Shown: positions 19,453 through 29,358 of the stretch, piece by piece
Position numbering within the stretch: position 1 is the stretch's first letter
Layout: the number at the start of each line of letters is the position of its first letter
From: Candidatus Acidiferrales bacterium
Lineage (GTDB): Bacteria > Acidobacteriota > Terriglobia > Acidiferrales > UBA7541
DNA: 64,000 nucleotides
Reading direction: 5' to 3'
NCBI GenBank assembly: GCA_030037315.1
Contig: JASHRM010000048.1
Span: forward strand, 748-64,747
Made by a program: the position numbers and the translations under genes
The notes under the pieces: generated by a model
Told to the model about the DNA's origin: nothing
What the model saw: only the letters and a program-made list of their open reading frames with translations
Databases searched by the model: none

Positions 19453-19639
19453 AAGTTTGCTTCGCCCGCCTCCTCTTAGAACATTACCTCGAAAAAAAAG
19501 AGGTTGAGACTCCGTACCAATGCGGGGCCGCGTACCTGATACCCTCAGCAGTCAATCACCATCGCGAGTGACTTCGTGACTTTGATCCGTTTTCGGGCTG
19601 GGAACCGATTTGGATGTTCGCAATGCCGCTCGCTAGAGT

Positions 19640-20779
19640 CTACCCTATATGCCGGTAAAGCACTTTGCCCGCAAACGAGAGCATTTTCCCGGGCATGTGC
19701 GAGAAGACCTGTTTTGCAATCTTCATATGCCAACCGTTGTGCGCCCTGAGCGCTGGAACGTCCGGATATGCCCAATAAACGATTGACAGGGGCTGATTCG
19801 ACCAGTGATTCTTGAACGTGAGCAATCCGATATGATCTTCCTGTGTTCGCCCCATATCGAAGATACGCGCACCCGTAGCTTTTCCCGCTGAAACGACTTT
19901 CCATAAAAGCCAAGGAGTTGCCCCGAGATTGTTGAAGTGCTCGTCCGAGCAACCGTACTTGTAATAGAGTTTGTCTCGGAAGCGGAGAGAGAAAACGGCC
20001 GCAATCGGTTTGTTTTCGTGCTCGGCGACGCGAATCTCAGCAGCTTCGCCGGCACACTCCAGTAAATTCTGGAACCACGTGTAAGGTATCGGCGGCAATT
20101 GCTGCCGGCCACGCGTGCCAACAAACAGATCGTAGAACTGCTCCAATAACTGCCGGGATCGCCCCGTTTTCTGCGCCAGTCCCGCTCGATCCGCGCGCTG
20201 AATTCTGCGCTGAACGGAATCCCTATCAAGTGTCCGGAAAATCTCGCCGAGCTCAGGGCGGAGATCAACGATGTGCAGGAAGTAGCGAACGGAATGCCGT
20301 TGGGCTTCTGCTGAACAATAGTTTCGCGCGTTCGGCATCTCGCTTACCGACCGAATTTCCAAGAATTTCAGATTGTCGTGCTCGAGTACCGTCTGCAGGT
20401 AGCGAACAAGAAAACTCAATTCCTCTGGGGAATCGCACAGTGGCTCGCAGTGATCCGAGAACGGTAGCGAAACCAAACGCGATCCCATGAGCCAGCTCTT
20501 AACCCTACAGAATACGATCCCATTTTTTAGGGGACCGGTCGGCGGTGACGTTGTGAACGCCACCGGCTCGTACCCGTATGTTCGCTTGAGCGCCTCGAGC
20601 CAGCCGACCGAATGAAAAATGGAGGCATCTGGGTGGCGATCCACGAGCTCCATCCATCTGGGATCCTTTGTCGGATCCAGTTGATAACAACAAAGCCGCG
20701 AGACGTGCGCTGTTTCAGAAGTTGAGGTCGAGGTCATCACGTTCTTAGGCAGAGATTGTTTAGGTACATTGAGATTCAA
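19640..20779 (-). CDS. FemAB-family / GNAT-fold acyltransferase (PEP-CTERM-locus FemAB-related type)
   Basis: DPRWMELVDRHPDASIFHSVGWLEALKRTYGYEPV, about 350 aa, with YYKYG and FDMGR motifs as in FemAB-related / BioF2-like acetyltransferase proteins found next to exosortases. Confidence 0.7.
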   Translation of the reverse strand: MNLNVPKQSLPKNVMTSTSTSETAHVSRLCCYQLDPTKDPRWMELVDRHPDASIFHSVGWLEALKRTYGYEPVAFTTSPPTGPLKNGIVFCRVKSWLMGSRLVSLPFSDHCEPLCDSPEELSFLVRYLQTVLEHDNLKFLEIRSVSEMPNARNYCSAEAQRHSVRYFLHIVDLRPELGEIFRTLDRDSVQRRIQRADRAGLAQKTGRSRQLLEQFYDLFVGTRGRQQLPPIPYTWFQNLLECAGEAAEIRVAEHENKPIAAVFSLRFRDKLYYKYGCSDEHFNNLGATPWLLWKVVSAGKATGARIFDMGRTQEDHIGLLTFKNHWSNQPLSIVYWAYPDVPALRAHNGWHMKIAKQVFSHMPGKMLSFAGKVLYRHIG

Positions 20780-20786
20780 TTGGTGT

Positions 20787-22664
20787 CTAGATCGCCTTCC
20801 GAAGAGCGGTCTTCAGACGTCGGGTCGGTGCATTCAGGAATCGGTTCGTAAGCAGATATTCGTCCCGCAGTTCAGAAAAAATTCTGCGCAAAGCCACCGA
20901 GGCCCTGAAACGCAAAGATCGATGAATTTCCCTGGAGGCGTCCTCTCGATAGACGACTCGAATAAGTATTTCAGTGTGAGGAGGTATTGCGACATCAAAA
21001 AAATCGTGTTCCGAAGCATTTTTCCAGCGAACCTTCGTTTGGTCGCAGAGTATTTCGGCAATGCAATCTCCGGGGCTCTTTCGCTTTCTGACTGTCACTT
21101 GAATTCGCTGGCCAGTGTCGTTTTTTAACAGAAGTTCGTTCCCGTACATTTCGACTTCCTCAAAGCCCGGACGAACCAGCCGTCGGCGGCATGCCCTTCG
21201 GAGAACCGCGCCGAGCGACCGCCACTGGACTGCACACCCCAGCGATTCAATGCTTGTCACCAGATCTATCAACTCCAGGCCGCCGTCTTTGAAGAAATCG
21301 TGGTGAGCGACGATCAGACAGGGCTTGCCGAGAAGAAGGTCGAATGCAAAATTCGCGAGACCATGGGATGCATATCTTCGGGTAAAGATCGGGAAGCCAT
21401 CGTAGGACATGATTGCGATGTCCCACACATCACGTATTCTCGTGCGGGAATTTTGCAAATCCGATGGATTGACTTCCGTGTTCACCGCAGCCAAGAAATT
21501 GGCGCGTTGTAAGACGCCCGGGCACGCAGAGGAAAAGACACCCTGCGGAAAGACCATCACTGGATCGTGCTCAACACCGGTTCGCCGGCGGTGACCGTGC
21601 ATCCTTTCTTTGGCGGTGTGAGCGGCCGCGCGGAGCGCGTCAACGGATGTCGCACCGAACTCGCCGCTGGTATGATCGCAGCCGTGAATCGACACCGAGA
21701 AAAAGTTCGGGTCGTTCCTGAACAGATCGCTTGATTCCTTCGACGTTCGCCGCCAGTTCCAAGGGATGAAAGCGATATTCGTAGTGAATCCATACCTGCG
21801 CATAAGGTCGCGCATCTGGGGAAAATTGCAAAACCCGTAGCGGGGTTTTAGTAGGGGATCGTCGATGATCAGGCAACCGCCTACCTCTTGCGCCCTCCAG
21901 GCGACTTCTGAAAACAGAAAGCGGATAAACATGACGAGCGGGACCGCGGAGCAGAAATGGTCTCTGACATCGCAAAAGCCTCGAGTTACCGGCTGATCGA
22001 GATCGACAATCTCAGAGCAGCCACTAAAAAATACTGGAACACCCCTGTGGATCGAACGGACGAAAACTGACGCGTTTCCCGCCGAGATTACGGAGCATAA
22101 TGCGTCTTCCCTGTCAACGTATCCTTCCAACAAGCCGTCTTCGCTGCGCAACCGCACGGACACATCGAGCCCCCCCATCGGACCAACCAGAGCGGGAATT
22201 TCTTGAGAGACATGCAGCGATGTCGTATTCGCCGTGCTTCTGCGAAGCTCGACACCAACATCTCCAAAGAGAGTACGTACTCCGCTACGGCTAGGATCGG
22301 AAATTTCGCTCGGGTATGCGAAGCAGGCTTCCGGTTGAGAAACCTTTGCGCCGTTTTGGTTTAAAGCCGATGCAACGAGATGGGCGGAGCCGAAGACCGC
22401 GCAATCCGACCAGCCCTTTGAGACCGGATCCAGACCGGTAAGGGCAACCAATTGGCAGGGTACTCCGAAGAAATCCAAGACGCGGCCAAGCCGCACCTCC
22501 CTGGAACTCGGAGTTCCCTCGTACAGGATGATGGCTTTTTTCGCCAAGAGGCCCGTCGGTTTCCGGCCATTCCTTGAGCTTAGGCCGGCTTGCGCGCAAC
22601 AACGAGCGAGCGCATGGCACGGCTCCCAGCCACAACGCTGAGGAATGGGCCGACCATTCGGCAC
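20787..22664 (-). CDS. Two-domain protein with a C-terminal CE4/DUF2334-like deacetylase-fold domain
   Basis: CLIIDDPLL (Asp-Asp), SIHGCDHTSGEF (H-x-x-H) and VMVFPQG. The annotated start overlaps the upstream methyltransferase by 85 nt and there is no nearby in-frame ATG downstream of it, so the true start may be the TTG near 22547. Confidence 0.5.
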   Translation of the reverse strand: MPNGRPIPQRCGWEPCHALARCCAQAGLSSRNGRKPTGLLAKKAIILYEGTPSSREVRLGRVLDFFGVPCQLVALTGLDPVSKGWSDCAVFGSAHLVASALNQNGAKVSQPEACFAYPSEISDPSRSGVRTLFGDVGVELRRSTANTTSLHVSQEIPALVGPMGGLDVSVRLRSEDGLLEGYVDREDALCSVISAGNASVFVRSIHRGVPVFFSGCSEIVDLDQPVTRGFCDVRDHFCSAVPLVMFIRFLFSEVAWRAQEVGGCLIIDDPLLKPRYGFCNFPQMRDLMRRYGFTTNIAFIPWNWRRTSKESSDLFRNDPNFFSVSIHGCDHTSGEFGATSVDALRAAAHTAKERMHGHRRRTGVEHDPVMVFPQGVFSSACPGVLQRANFLAAVNTEVNPSDLQNSRTRIRDVWDIAIMSYDGFPIFTRRYASHGLANFAFDLLLGKPCLIVAHHDFFKDGGLELIDLVTSIESLGCAVQWRSLGAVLRRACRRRLVRPGFEEVEMYGNELLLKNDTGQRIQVTVRKRKSPGDCIAEILCDQTKVRWKNASEHDFFDVAIPPHTEILIRVVYREDASREIHRSLRFRASVALRRIFSELRDEYLLTNRFLNAPTRRLKTALRKAI

Positions 22665-23410
22665 GCGAGCGTCAGCCCGCGCCCTGCCGAGTGCGGAATC
22701 CAGCAGAAATTCTTCTTTTTCTTCAGATCAAAGCCGGCCATCTTGAAGGGCGAAGCATACTCATCCAGGGTCGGAAGATAGGCTTCGGCGGGATCTTCAA
22801 CCGTATGCTTCAACTTGCTACGAAATGCCGGGAACTTGTTGTTCATATCGATGTTGACGCACACGCCGCCAGGCCGGAGCATCCGGAAAATGTCATCCGC
22901 GCACTCGCGCGACTTGCCAAGACGGTGGCAATAGCGAAACGTGTTCACGCCTATGATGAGATCAAAGAAGCCCTCAAAATCATCGGGGCGTTTGCCAGCG
23001 GCTTTGGCCAAATCCTCATTAAGCTTTTCGTTTCGGGCGACGCAGAACGTCAACTTCACATTCTGAGCCGGCGCAAGGCCGGTCTTTGCCTGCTGTGTGG
23101 CTGATTCGACCAAACGCGGCGAAAAATCGGTGCCGTACGCGCACTCTACGGGAACGGCGCTTTTCTCCAACACGGAGACGAGAGTAATGATGTTCATCCC
23201 CGCACCGCAGCCGAATTCGAGCACTCGCAACGGCCGTTGCGGCGACGTTCGCAGATACGAATCCACGGCGTCCATGTAAATTTTGGCGTAGTCGTGATGC
23301 AGCAGATAGTTGATGCCGAAGCCTGCTGTTTCAGTGCTGTACTTGCGTACTGCATCCTCCGAGACGTACTCCTCGAAGAATTTTTCGTTGATCTGTTCAG
23401 TCGTTTGCAT
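22580..23410 (-). CDS. Class I SAM-dependent methyltransferase
   Basis: Motif I VLEFGCGAGMNIITL and post-I GTDFSP. Confidence 0.85.
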   Translation of the reverse strand: MQTTEQINEKFFEEYVSEDAVRKYSTETAGFGINYLLHHDYAKIYMDAVDSYLRTSPQRPLRVLEFGCGAGMNIITLVSVLEKSAVPVECAYGTDFSPRLVESATQQAKTGLAPAQNVKLTFCVARNEKLNEDLAKAAGKRPDDFEGFFDLIIGVNTFRYCHRLGKSRECADDIFRMLRPGGVCVNIDMNNKFPAFRSKLKHTVEDPAEAYLPTLDEYASPFKMAGFDLKKKKNFCWIPHSAGRGLTLACRMVGPFLSVVAGSRAMRSLVVARKPA

Positions 23411-23522
23411 CGTTTCTCTCTCTCGCTTCCTTAATAATTAGAGGCCTGATTGTCGGCCTGCCGGTCGCCTTTCTTACCAAGCAAGAACTTCCCTGGCACT
23501 CCTCGCAACTCATATCCCCGTT

Positions 23523-24497
23523 CTATCCGGATTTCATCGTGCCCCCGATAGTGACGGTATGGTGATTCGAATCCTTAGCGCTCGGTGCAACGTGACAGTA
23601 GCCGGCAATCTGGCCAGCCAGGTTCCAGACGTTGAGCTTGCATGTGAACCTTCTTTTCGAATGGATGGCGAGTATCCAGCGAAGCGTCCATCCTGTGATT
23701 CTACGGAGCAAGAACAGCGGAACGCCGCCAACTGTCCAAGCGTTCTCCTTCTCAAGCGCCCCGGTTTCCATCACGTCGGCGCGGCCCTTCCCGAACCACC
23801 AGGCGAGCAGGTATTTTTTTGTCAGCCGGTTTTCTGCAACGGGGTGCCGCATGACCGCCGATGGCTCGTAACGCAGCCTTCGGCCAGCGGCGAGGAGCCT
23901 TCGTCCAAACTCCGTGTCTTCGTTACTCATCAAGTTGTCGGCGGAACGCCCGAGGTCTGTTCGAAAGCCTCCATGACGTTCGAAAACTTCCCGACGAAAA
24001 GCCATGTTCGCGCCGAAAGGTGACTCGTCCAGAGGAATCGCCTCCGAGCCCCGGTCAAACGCGACGAAGGGACCCGACATATGGGGACTCTCGATCGGCA
24101 GCCACTCCGGAGGCGAACACTCCCATAGCGGCAAAATACGACCTCCAACACCGGACCATTCGCCGCCGTGCAGCGATTTCGTCAGATTCCAGAGCCACTG
24201 AGGGTCCACGGTGACGTCATCATCCATGAATGCGATTACATCGCTGCTCGACTCGCGAATTCCCGCGTTGCGGGCATAGGAGACTCCTTGCTGTTGCTCG
24301 AGCAAATATTTGAATTTCCCGGGATATTTCGTGCAGAAACTCTGGACAACCTCGCGAGTTTTGTCCGTGGAATTGTTATCGACAACCAGCACTTCCCACC
24401 GGACTGACTGCGGCACCACGGAAGCAGCGACGCTATTCAAAGCGTTCTTTAATGTGGCCGAACGGTTGTAGGTACACAGGATTACTGTTATAGACAA
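23523..24497 (-). CDS. Family-2 glycosyltransferase
   Basis: ITVILCTYNRSATLKNALNSV...VLVVDNNSTDKTREV and FMDDDV (DxD). Confidence 0.85.
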   Translation of the reverse strand: MSITVILCTYNRSATLKNALNSVAASVVPQSVRWEVLVVDNNSTDKTREVVQSFCTKYPGKFKYLLEQQQGVSYARNAGIRESSSDVIAFMDDDVTVDPQWLWNLTKSLHGGEWSGVGGRILPLWECSPPEWLPIESPHMSGPFVAFDRGSEAIPLDESPFGANMAFRREVFERHGGFRTDLGRSADNLMSNEDTEFGRRLLAAGRRLRYEPSAVMRHPVAENRLTKKYLLAWWFGKGRADVMETGALEKENAWTVGGVPLFLLRRITGWTLRWILAIHSKRRFTCKLNVWNLAGQIAGYCHVAPSAKDSNHHTVTIGGTMKSG

Positions 24498-24536
24498 GCT
24501 GATAGTCTCCTATGCGGCCTACGATGTCCCCGAATT

Positions 24537-26051
24537 TCAAACCGCATCAGCAGCTCCCAATGGCTTGGCGAATGTTTTTGCCGTCAACACTTTTTTCACT
24601 ACATCGAGATCTCGCCTTCGAAGCTCGCCGACAATTGCCAATACGCCAAGATACACAACGGTTCCGGCAGCAACGGACGCCGTCAAAGCAGATATTCCCC
24701 AGTGAGAAAAATAAACAACGTACACCACCGGTGCCAGCGCAACCAGAGCCGCCAAATAGATCCGAAACGTTGTTCTCCAGGGGAAACGGACTTGGACGTG
24801 GCGAAGGGTGTACAAGGATCCACCCAATACGCCTGCAATTTGGGCCACACAGTTTGCAACCGCAGCGCCGAGAGCTGCGTACCTTGGAATAAGAATGAAA
24901 TCCAACAGGATGTTAACGATGGCTACGACTGTTCCATACTTGGCGATGAAGCCTTGTTTTTCGATGCCATAAAGCAGCGGGGATGTAACCACTCCGATGC
25001 TCGTGATGGGCACGCACGCGATCAGGACCTGCAACGGAACCGCTACCGCTAGGAATTGAACCCCATAAATGAGTCGGACCAAAGGAACCGCGAGCACGAC
25101 TCCTAAGAAACACACGGGAACCATGAGCATCTCTAGGTACTTCACTGCGTTTACGAACATCAGCCCGACTTCCTGGAGGCCGCTTCGACCATAGCTTTCC
25201 GAATACAGAGGCATCAAGGTTGTCGAAAAAGTGCTCGTGACATCGTTCAGCTTCGAAGCCATCGAATAGGCGAGTGTATAAAAACCGATCTGAGCAATCG
25301 TCGAATAGGACTTGAGAAAAAGAATCTCTGACCTCTGCCACACAACGGCATCGATCAAAAGAATGTAGGAAACCGTAAGCGAGAACTTGCGAATGCGATG
25401 AAAAGGATCTTCGACTTGCGGTCCGGCACTCGCGGCAGGCTCTAGTTTAACTAGGAACTTGTCGATATCGCGGTAATACAGAACGGTGGCGATGATTAAT
25501 CCAGTAAGCGTCGCCCACAGCATTCCAGCAACCCCGGCATGCAGGAAGCCCGCGATTCCAACAGACGCCACTGATGAGAGAGAGACGTAAACACTGATTC
25601 GCGTCAGTCGGTCGAATCGCTGGATCCCGGCTAATACCGAACCCAGGCTCTGCTGGAGAGCCTGAGCAAAGAGAAGAATCGCAGCAACACCGATGATGTT
25701 GCGGTAGGGACTCTTGAATAACATGAAGCAAGCGGTCAGCACGGCGACGGCTGCAGCGACGATGACTTGCAACCGCAGCAGTCTCTTACTGACACGAATC
25801 GCCGTCCCAACTTGACCACTTCCAAGATATTCCGCCACATATTTCGTAAGGGCGCTGGGCAACCCGATGCTCGCTAGGACTCCGAGGGTGCCAACGATCC
25901 ACATGGCGTAACCGTAGACACCCATGTCAAGCGGACCCAAGCTTCGCGCGATGATCGCCGATGTCAGAACAGTTCCCCCCATGGTGATTGCCAATCGACC
26001 ACCATTGAAGAGAAAGTTCCTTACCGCCTTGCTGGAGATATCACTGCTCAT
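24537..26051 (-). CDS. MOP/PST-family oligosaccharide flippase (Wzx-like), copy 2
   Basis: 504 aa, about 14 TM segments, polar N-terminus then LTSAIIARSLGPLDMGVYGY. 4-nt overlap with the upstream GT4. Confidence 0.8.
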   Translation of the reverse strand: MSSDISSKAVRNFLFNGGRLAITMGGTVLTSAIIARSLGPLDMGVYGYAMWIVGTLGVLASIGLPSALTKYVAEYLGSGQVGTAIRVSKRLLRLQVIVAAAVAVLTACFMLFKSPYRNIIGVAAILLFAQALQQSLGSVLAGIQRFDRLTRISVYVSLSSVASVGIAGFLHAGVAGMLWATLTGLIIATVLYYRDIDKFLVKLEPAASAGPQVEDPFHRIRKFSLTVSYILLIDAVVWQRSEILFLKSYSTIAQIGFYTLAYSMASKLNDVTSTFSTTLMPLYSESYGRSGLQEVGLMFVNAVKYLEMLMVPVCFLGVVLAVPLVRLIYGVQFLAVAVPLQVLIACVPITSIGVVTSPLLYGIEKQGFIAKYGTVVAIVNILLDFILIPRYAALGAAVANCVAQIAGVLGGSLYTLRHVQVRFPWRTTFRIYLAALVALAPVVYVVYFSHWGISALTASVAAGTVVYLGVLAIVGELRRRDLDVVKKVLTAKTFAKPLGAADAV

Positions 26052-27352
26052 TGCCGCTCGTGTCCCTCGAAGGATCCGGTTTTTGAGCGAGATTCGACAT
26101 CCTTCATCGAACTCCGATAAACCTGAAGCATCGATTTCGCGATGACAGTCGCATGGAAATTCGAACGCGCTCTCTCCCGAGCTGCCGTCCCAAGCCCGTC
26201 TCTTAGGACTGGATTGTTAATCAGTTGTATGAGCGCGTCTGATAAAGCTTCCGGATCCTCCGCTTTTACGATGATGCCCGTTTCCGCGTTGGATAGAAGC
26301 TCAGAGAATCCAAGAATGTCCGTTGCGACAATGGCTTTCCCGCGGGCCATCGCTTCCAAACAAACCATGGGCAATCCTTCATACCGTGAAGGGAATACGC
26401 AGATCGTCGCCTGACGTACGGCATCTTCCAGCTGTGGAGCCGTGAGATGACCGCAAAATTCCACGTGCGACCTGGCGTTATGCGGCAACAAGCCCATCAA
26501 ATAGGCGCCCATCGAGCCGCCACCCGGCGCCGTCGCGGTATCAACTCCAGCCAGTCGAAAGAGCGTATCCGGGCATCGCTTGAGAACCTCTGGTACGGCC
26601 CGCATGAGAAGATCGGGGCCTTTTCGCCACTCCAGGCGGCCGACGAAAAGAACGACTGGGCTGACGTTTGAACCGATGTTCCCGATAGGAGAAAAAGCAG
26701 AATCATGGACTGAGTTCGGAACAACCTTGAAATCTCGTTTCGAAAAACTCAGAGCTTTTGTAGTTTGCGCGCCAATCGCCTTAGAACAGGCGGTAACGAC
26801 GTCGGCTGTCGAAATGGCTAGTTTCTCGACGGCATCCGTCCGGCGCCATGCCAGATTTTCTCTAAAGGACGCGGCCCTCAATTTGTTCACCTTTCGGATG
26901 ATTGCTGAGCAGGTATGCAGTCTGACGACGACTCGCAGATCTTTGGGCTTTGTGAGATGCAAGAATGCCGTTAATCCGAGCCACTCGGGAGCCTCCAGAA
27001 CATCGAGGCGCAGTTTTTTCGACATGGCTGCTACAGCACGAGCGAAGGCAATGCTCGCATCTCCGCCGAGCGGCCACGGCAACCGGGCTGCCAGTGCTGA
27101 GAGATGGAACCTGTACACGGGTATCACGCCATCGAACGTGACCTCTTCTTCTTCAGAAGAATCACTTAGCAACACAAATGGAGCGTGACCCAGGTCAGCC
27201 AGAGAACTGGCCATCTGGCGCACGTAAGAGCCAATCCCGCCCGTATATCGCTGCGTGGGATATTCAGGCGTCAGAAAGCCTATCCGAAGCGGGCGCTCCC
27301 GCGCCCCTTCTGCAACGATGGCCGATGCGCCGGTTTCGGTGTCGACTGGCAT
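26048..27352 (-). CDS. GT4 (GT-B fold) glycosyltransferase
   Basis: RIGFLTPEYP...GGIGSYV at the N-terminus and SRYEGLPMVCLEAMARGKAIVATDILGFSELL (E-x7-E region). Confidence 0.85.
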   Translation of the reverse strand: MPVDTETGASAIVAEGARERPLRIGFLTPEYPTQRYTGGIGSYVRQMASSLADLGHAPFVLLSDSSEEEEVTFDGVIPVYRFHLSALAARLPWPLGGDASIAFARAVAAMSKKLRLDVLEAPEWLGLTAFLHLTKPKDLRVVVRLHTCSAIIRKVNKLRAASFRENLAWRRTDAVEKLAISTADVVTACSKAIGAQTTKALSFSKRDFKVVPNSVHDSAFSPIGNIGSNVSPVVLFVGRLEWRKGPDLLMRAVPEVLKRCPDTLFRLAGVDTATAPGGGSMGAYLMGLLPHNARSHVEFCGHLTAPQLEDAVRQATICVFPSRYEGLPMVCLEAMARGKAIVATDILGFSELLSNAETGIIVKAEDPEALSDALIQLINNPVLRDGLGTAARERARSNFHATVIAKSMLQVYRSSMKDVESRSKTGSFEGHERQ

Positions 27353-27413
27353 TTCACTCGAACGGAGATGCTTCCTTTAGTGGTTCGATGCGAGGCGCAA
27401 CCGATCGTGATCT

Positions 27414-28709
27414 CTACGAAGGAACATTCGAAGTCTGTCCGTCGGGAAGGGGCGTTGTCACGTTCGCTCGCAACAAGCGTGCATACGTGTCCATCGTGAT
27501 GTCGGCGACCACATCCCATGAATATCGTTCCCTGGCGAATTCTTGAATCGCGGAACGCCGTAAATCCAAGTGTTTATATAGGTGGCTGCCGAAATATCGG
27601 TCGATAGCTTTCGCCAAGTCAGCGGGGTCAGCAGGCTTAAATGAAAATCCCGTCTGCCCTTCAACGATGTGCTCCTTCAACGAACCGACATCCGAAACCA
27701 GTACCGGGACTCCAAAGCTGTAGCCGAGAACTAAAACGCCGCTTTGATAAATATCCGTGTAGGGCAGAACCAGAACGTCAGCGGCTTTGAAATAAATTTC
27801 AATGTCCTTATCTGGAACAAATTCCATTTTGAATAGAGCTCTTCCTTCGCGCACGTCATCTCGAATCGCTTGATCGATTGCGGCGTTATAGGTTGGATCG
27901 TTGAATGGGTCGAAGCTCCCTACTACCAGAAGGCGATATTCGTTCGTTCTTGGCAGTCGATGAAAGGCGGCGATCAGGTGCTCCAGTCCCTTATAGGGCT
28001 TAATTCTGCCGAAAAACAGAATCGCCTTTTCGGTGCTGCGAACTTCGAGCTGCTTTCGCGCCTCACTCTGAGTTAGGTCCGTATTCGGAACAGAATTGTT
28101 TATCCCGAACGGGATCACGGTCACCTGCGACTCCTTGACTCCAAACTGTTCGACGAGTTGGCCCTTCATCTTTTCTGTGTGGACAAAAATGCCATCAGAA
28201 AGATGATATTGAATCCACAAAGTCAGCCGATTTAGAAGCGAGTCTTTACCGTCGCGTGTGGCGATATTTACGTTGTGCGCGGTGATTACGATTTTCTTTC
28301 TCAGCAGCTTGTAGTAAAGCATCAACAGCGTTCGATCGAAAGTCTCAAACCGGCTGTTCCAGAGAATATGGAAGATTCTGGGTTTTGCCGTCGCAGCGTA
28401 TCTCATGAGCTTCGCGTAATAGCTGGCGATTCGCGACATCTTTCGTGCAAAGCCTACGTCGAATCGCTGATCTCCCCGTAGGTTTAGAAACTTGGTGCCC
28501 GGTCGGCTGTGAATCTCTGGATCATCGAGTTCATCGCTGCCAATCAATTCCAACTCCGCACCTTTGGACGAAAGCGCCCCTGTTAAGCCATAGACGTAAG
28601 GCCTATCGCTTCCCCCTGTCAGCAGAGAAACCTCAATGGGTTGAGAGCCAGCAGAACTCATTGGATTGACGAGACCCTGTCGGCGCCTATTCTCGGAATC
28701 TGTCTTCAT
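27414..28709 (-). CDS. GT4 (GT-B fold) glycosyltransferase
   Basis: FFGRIKPYKGLEHLIAAF and LPYTDIYQSGVLVLGYSFGVPVLVSDVGSLKEHIVEGQTG. Confidence 0.8.
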   Translation of the reverse strand: MKTDSENRRRQGLVNPMSSAGSQPIEVSLLTGGSDRPYVYGLTGALSSKGAELELIGSDELDDPEIHSRPGTKFLNLRGDQRFDVGFARKMSRIASYYAKLMRYAATAKPRIFHILWNSRFETFDRTLLMLYYKLLRKKIVITAHNVNIATRDGKDSLLNRLTLWIQYHLSDGIFVHTEKMKGQLVEQFGVKESQVTVIPFGINNSVPNTDLTQSEARKQLEVRSTEKAILFFGRIKPYKGLEHLIAAFHRLPRTNEYRLLVVGSFDPFNDPTYNAAIDQAIRDDVREGRALFKMEFVPDKDIEIYFKAADVLVLPYTDIYQSGVLVLGYSFGVPVLVSDVGSLKEHIVEGQTGFSFKPADPADLAKAIDRYFGSHLYKHLDLRRSAIQEFARERYSWDVVADITMDTYARLLRANVTTPLPDGQTSNVPS

Positions 28710-28734
28710 TGGTAGCTAGAATCGTACCCGAGCA

Positions 28735-29355
28735 CTATTCGGTTTCGGAGAGTCTGTCTTCGAGCAATTCACAGATCGCATGACCGATGGTGATATGCAT
28801 TTCCTGAATTCGCGCGGTCGACTCGGTGGGAGCGCACAGGCACAGGTCGCAAATCCCTCGCATCTTTCCGCCCGACTCGCCGGTCAATCCTATGACGCTC
28901 ACTTTCACTTCTCGCGCCGCTTCGATCGCTCGCAGAATATTCTTGCTGTTGCCGCTCGTGGAGATTGCCAGGAGCACGTCACCAGGTCGGGCGTGCGCGG
29001 AAAGCTCCCGAGCAAACACATGCTCGTATCCGTAATCATTCCCAATCGCGGTCAGAGCCGATGTATTGGCGTGCAGGGCCATCGCGCGCAGCGGCCGACG
29101 TTCTTTGAGGAATCGTCCCGTAAGCTCGGCCGTGATGTGCTGGGCATCCGCTGCAGATCCGCCATTACCCGCAATCATCAGGAGGCCGCCCGCGGACAGG
29201 GAGGCGGCGATCATGTCAACCGCATCGGAAACTGCAGGCGCGAGTTCGAAAAGCGCCTTGGCGGCGGTCAAATGCTGATTCCAGATTTCGGCGATGCGGT
29301 CCACTTGCCTGATTGTGGTTGGCATGCTCCAAAACTCCGTTAGAAAATCTCGCAA
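28735..29355 (-). CDS. gmhA: D-sedoheptulose-7-phosphate isomerase (SIS domain)
   Basis: IAGNGGSAADAQHITAEL and ISTSGNSKNI motifs, about 195-205 aa. Confidence 0.85.
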   Translation of the reverse strand: MRDFLTEFWSMPTTIRQVDRIAEIWNQHLTAAKALFELAPAVSDAVDMIAASLSAGGLLMIAGNGGSAADAQHITAELTGRFLKERRPLRAMALHANTSALTAIGNDYGYEHVFARELSAHARPGDVLLAISTSGNSKNILRAIEAAREVKVSVIGLTGESGGKMRGICDLCLCAPTESTARIQEMHITIGHAICELLEDRLSETE

Positions 29356-29358
29356 AAA

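Noticed and set aside
19486-19507. ACCTC-GAAAAAAAA-GAGGT hairpin-like sequence with an A/T run between the FemAB-like and CE4-like genes.
   Set aside because: The stem is only 5 bp and the homopolymer forms the loop rather than a trailing U-tract. It is unlikely to be a terminator and no other function can be supported.
22580-22664. 85-nt overlap between the methyltransferase 3' end and the 625-aa ORF start. I considered a programmed frameshift or gene fusion.
   Set aside because: It is more simply explained by an over-extended ORF call, since a non-ATG start such as the TTG near 22547 is possible. There is no slippery sequence and no evidence of fusion.
23494-23508. Plus-strand TGGCACTCCTCGCAA resembling a sigma-54 -24/-12 element.
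   Set aside because: The GC of the -12 box is 2 nt too close to the GG. It points antisense into a minus-strand operon, with no plus-strand gene to serve.
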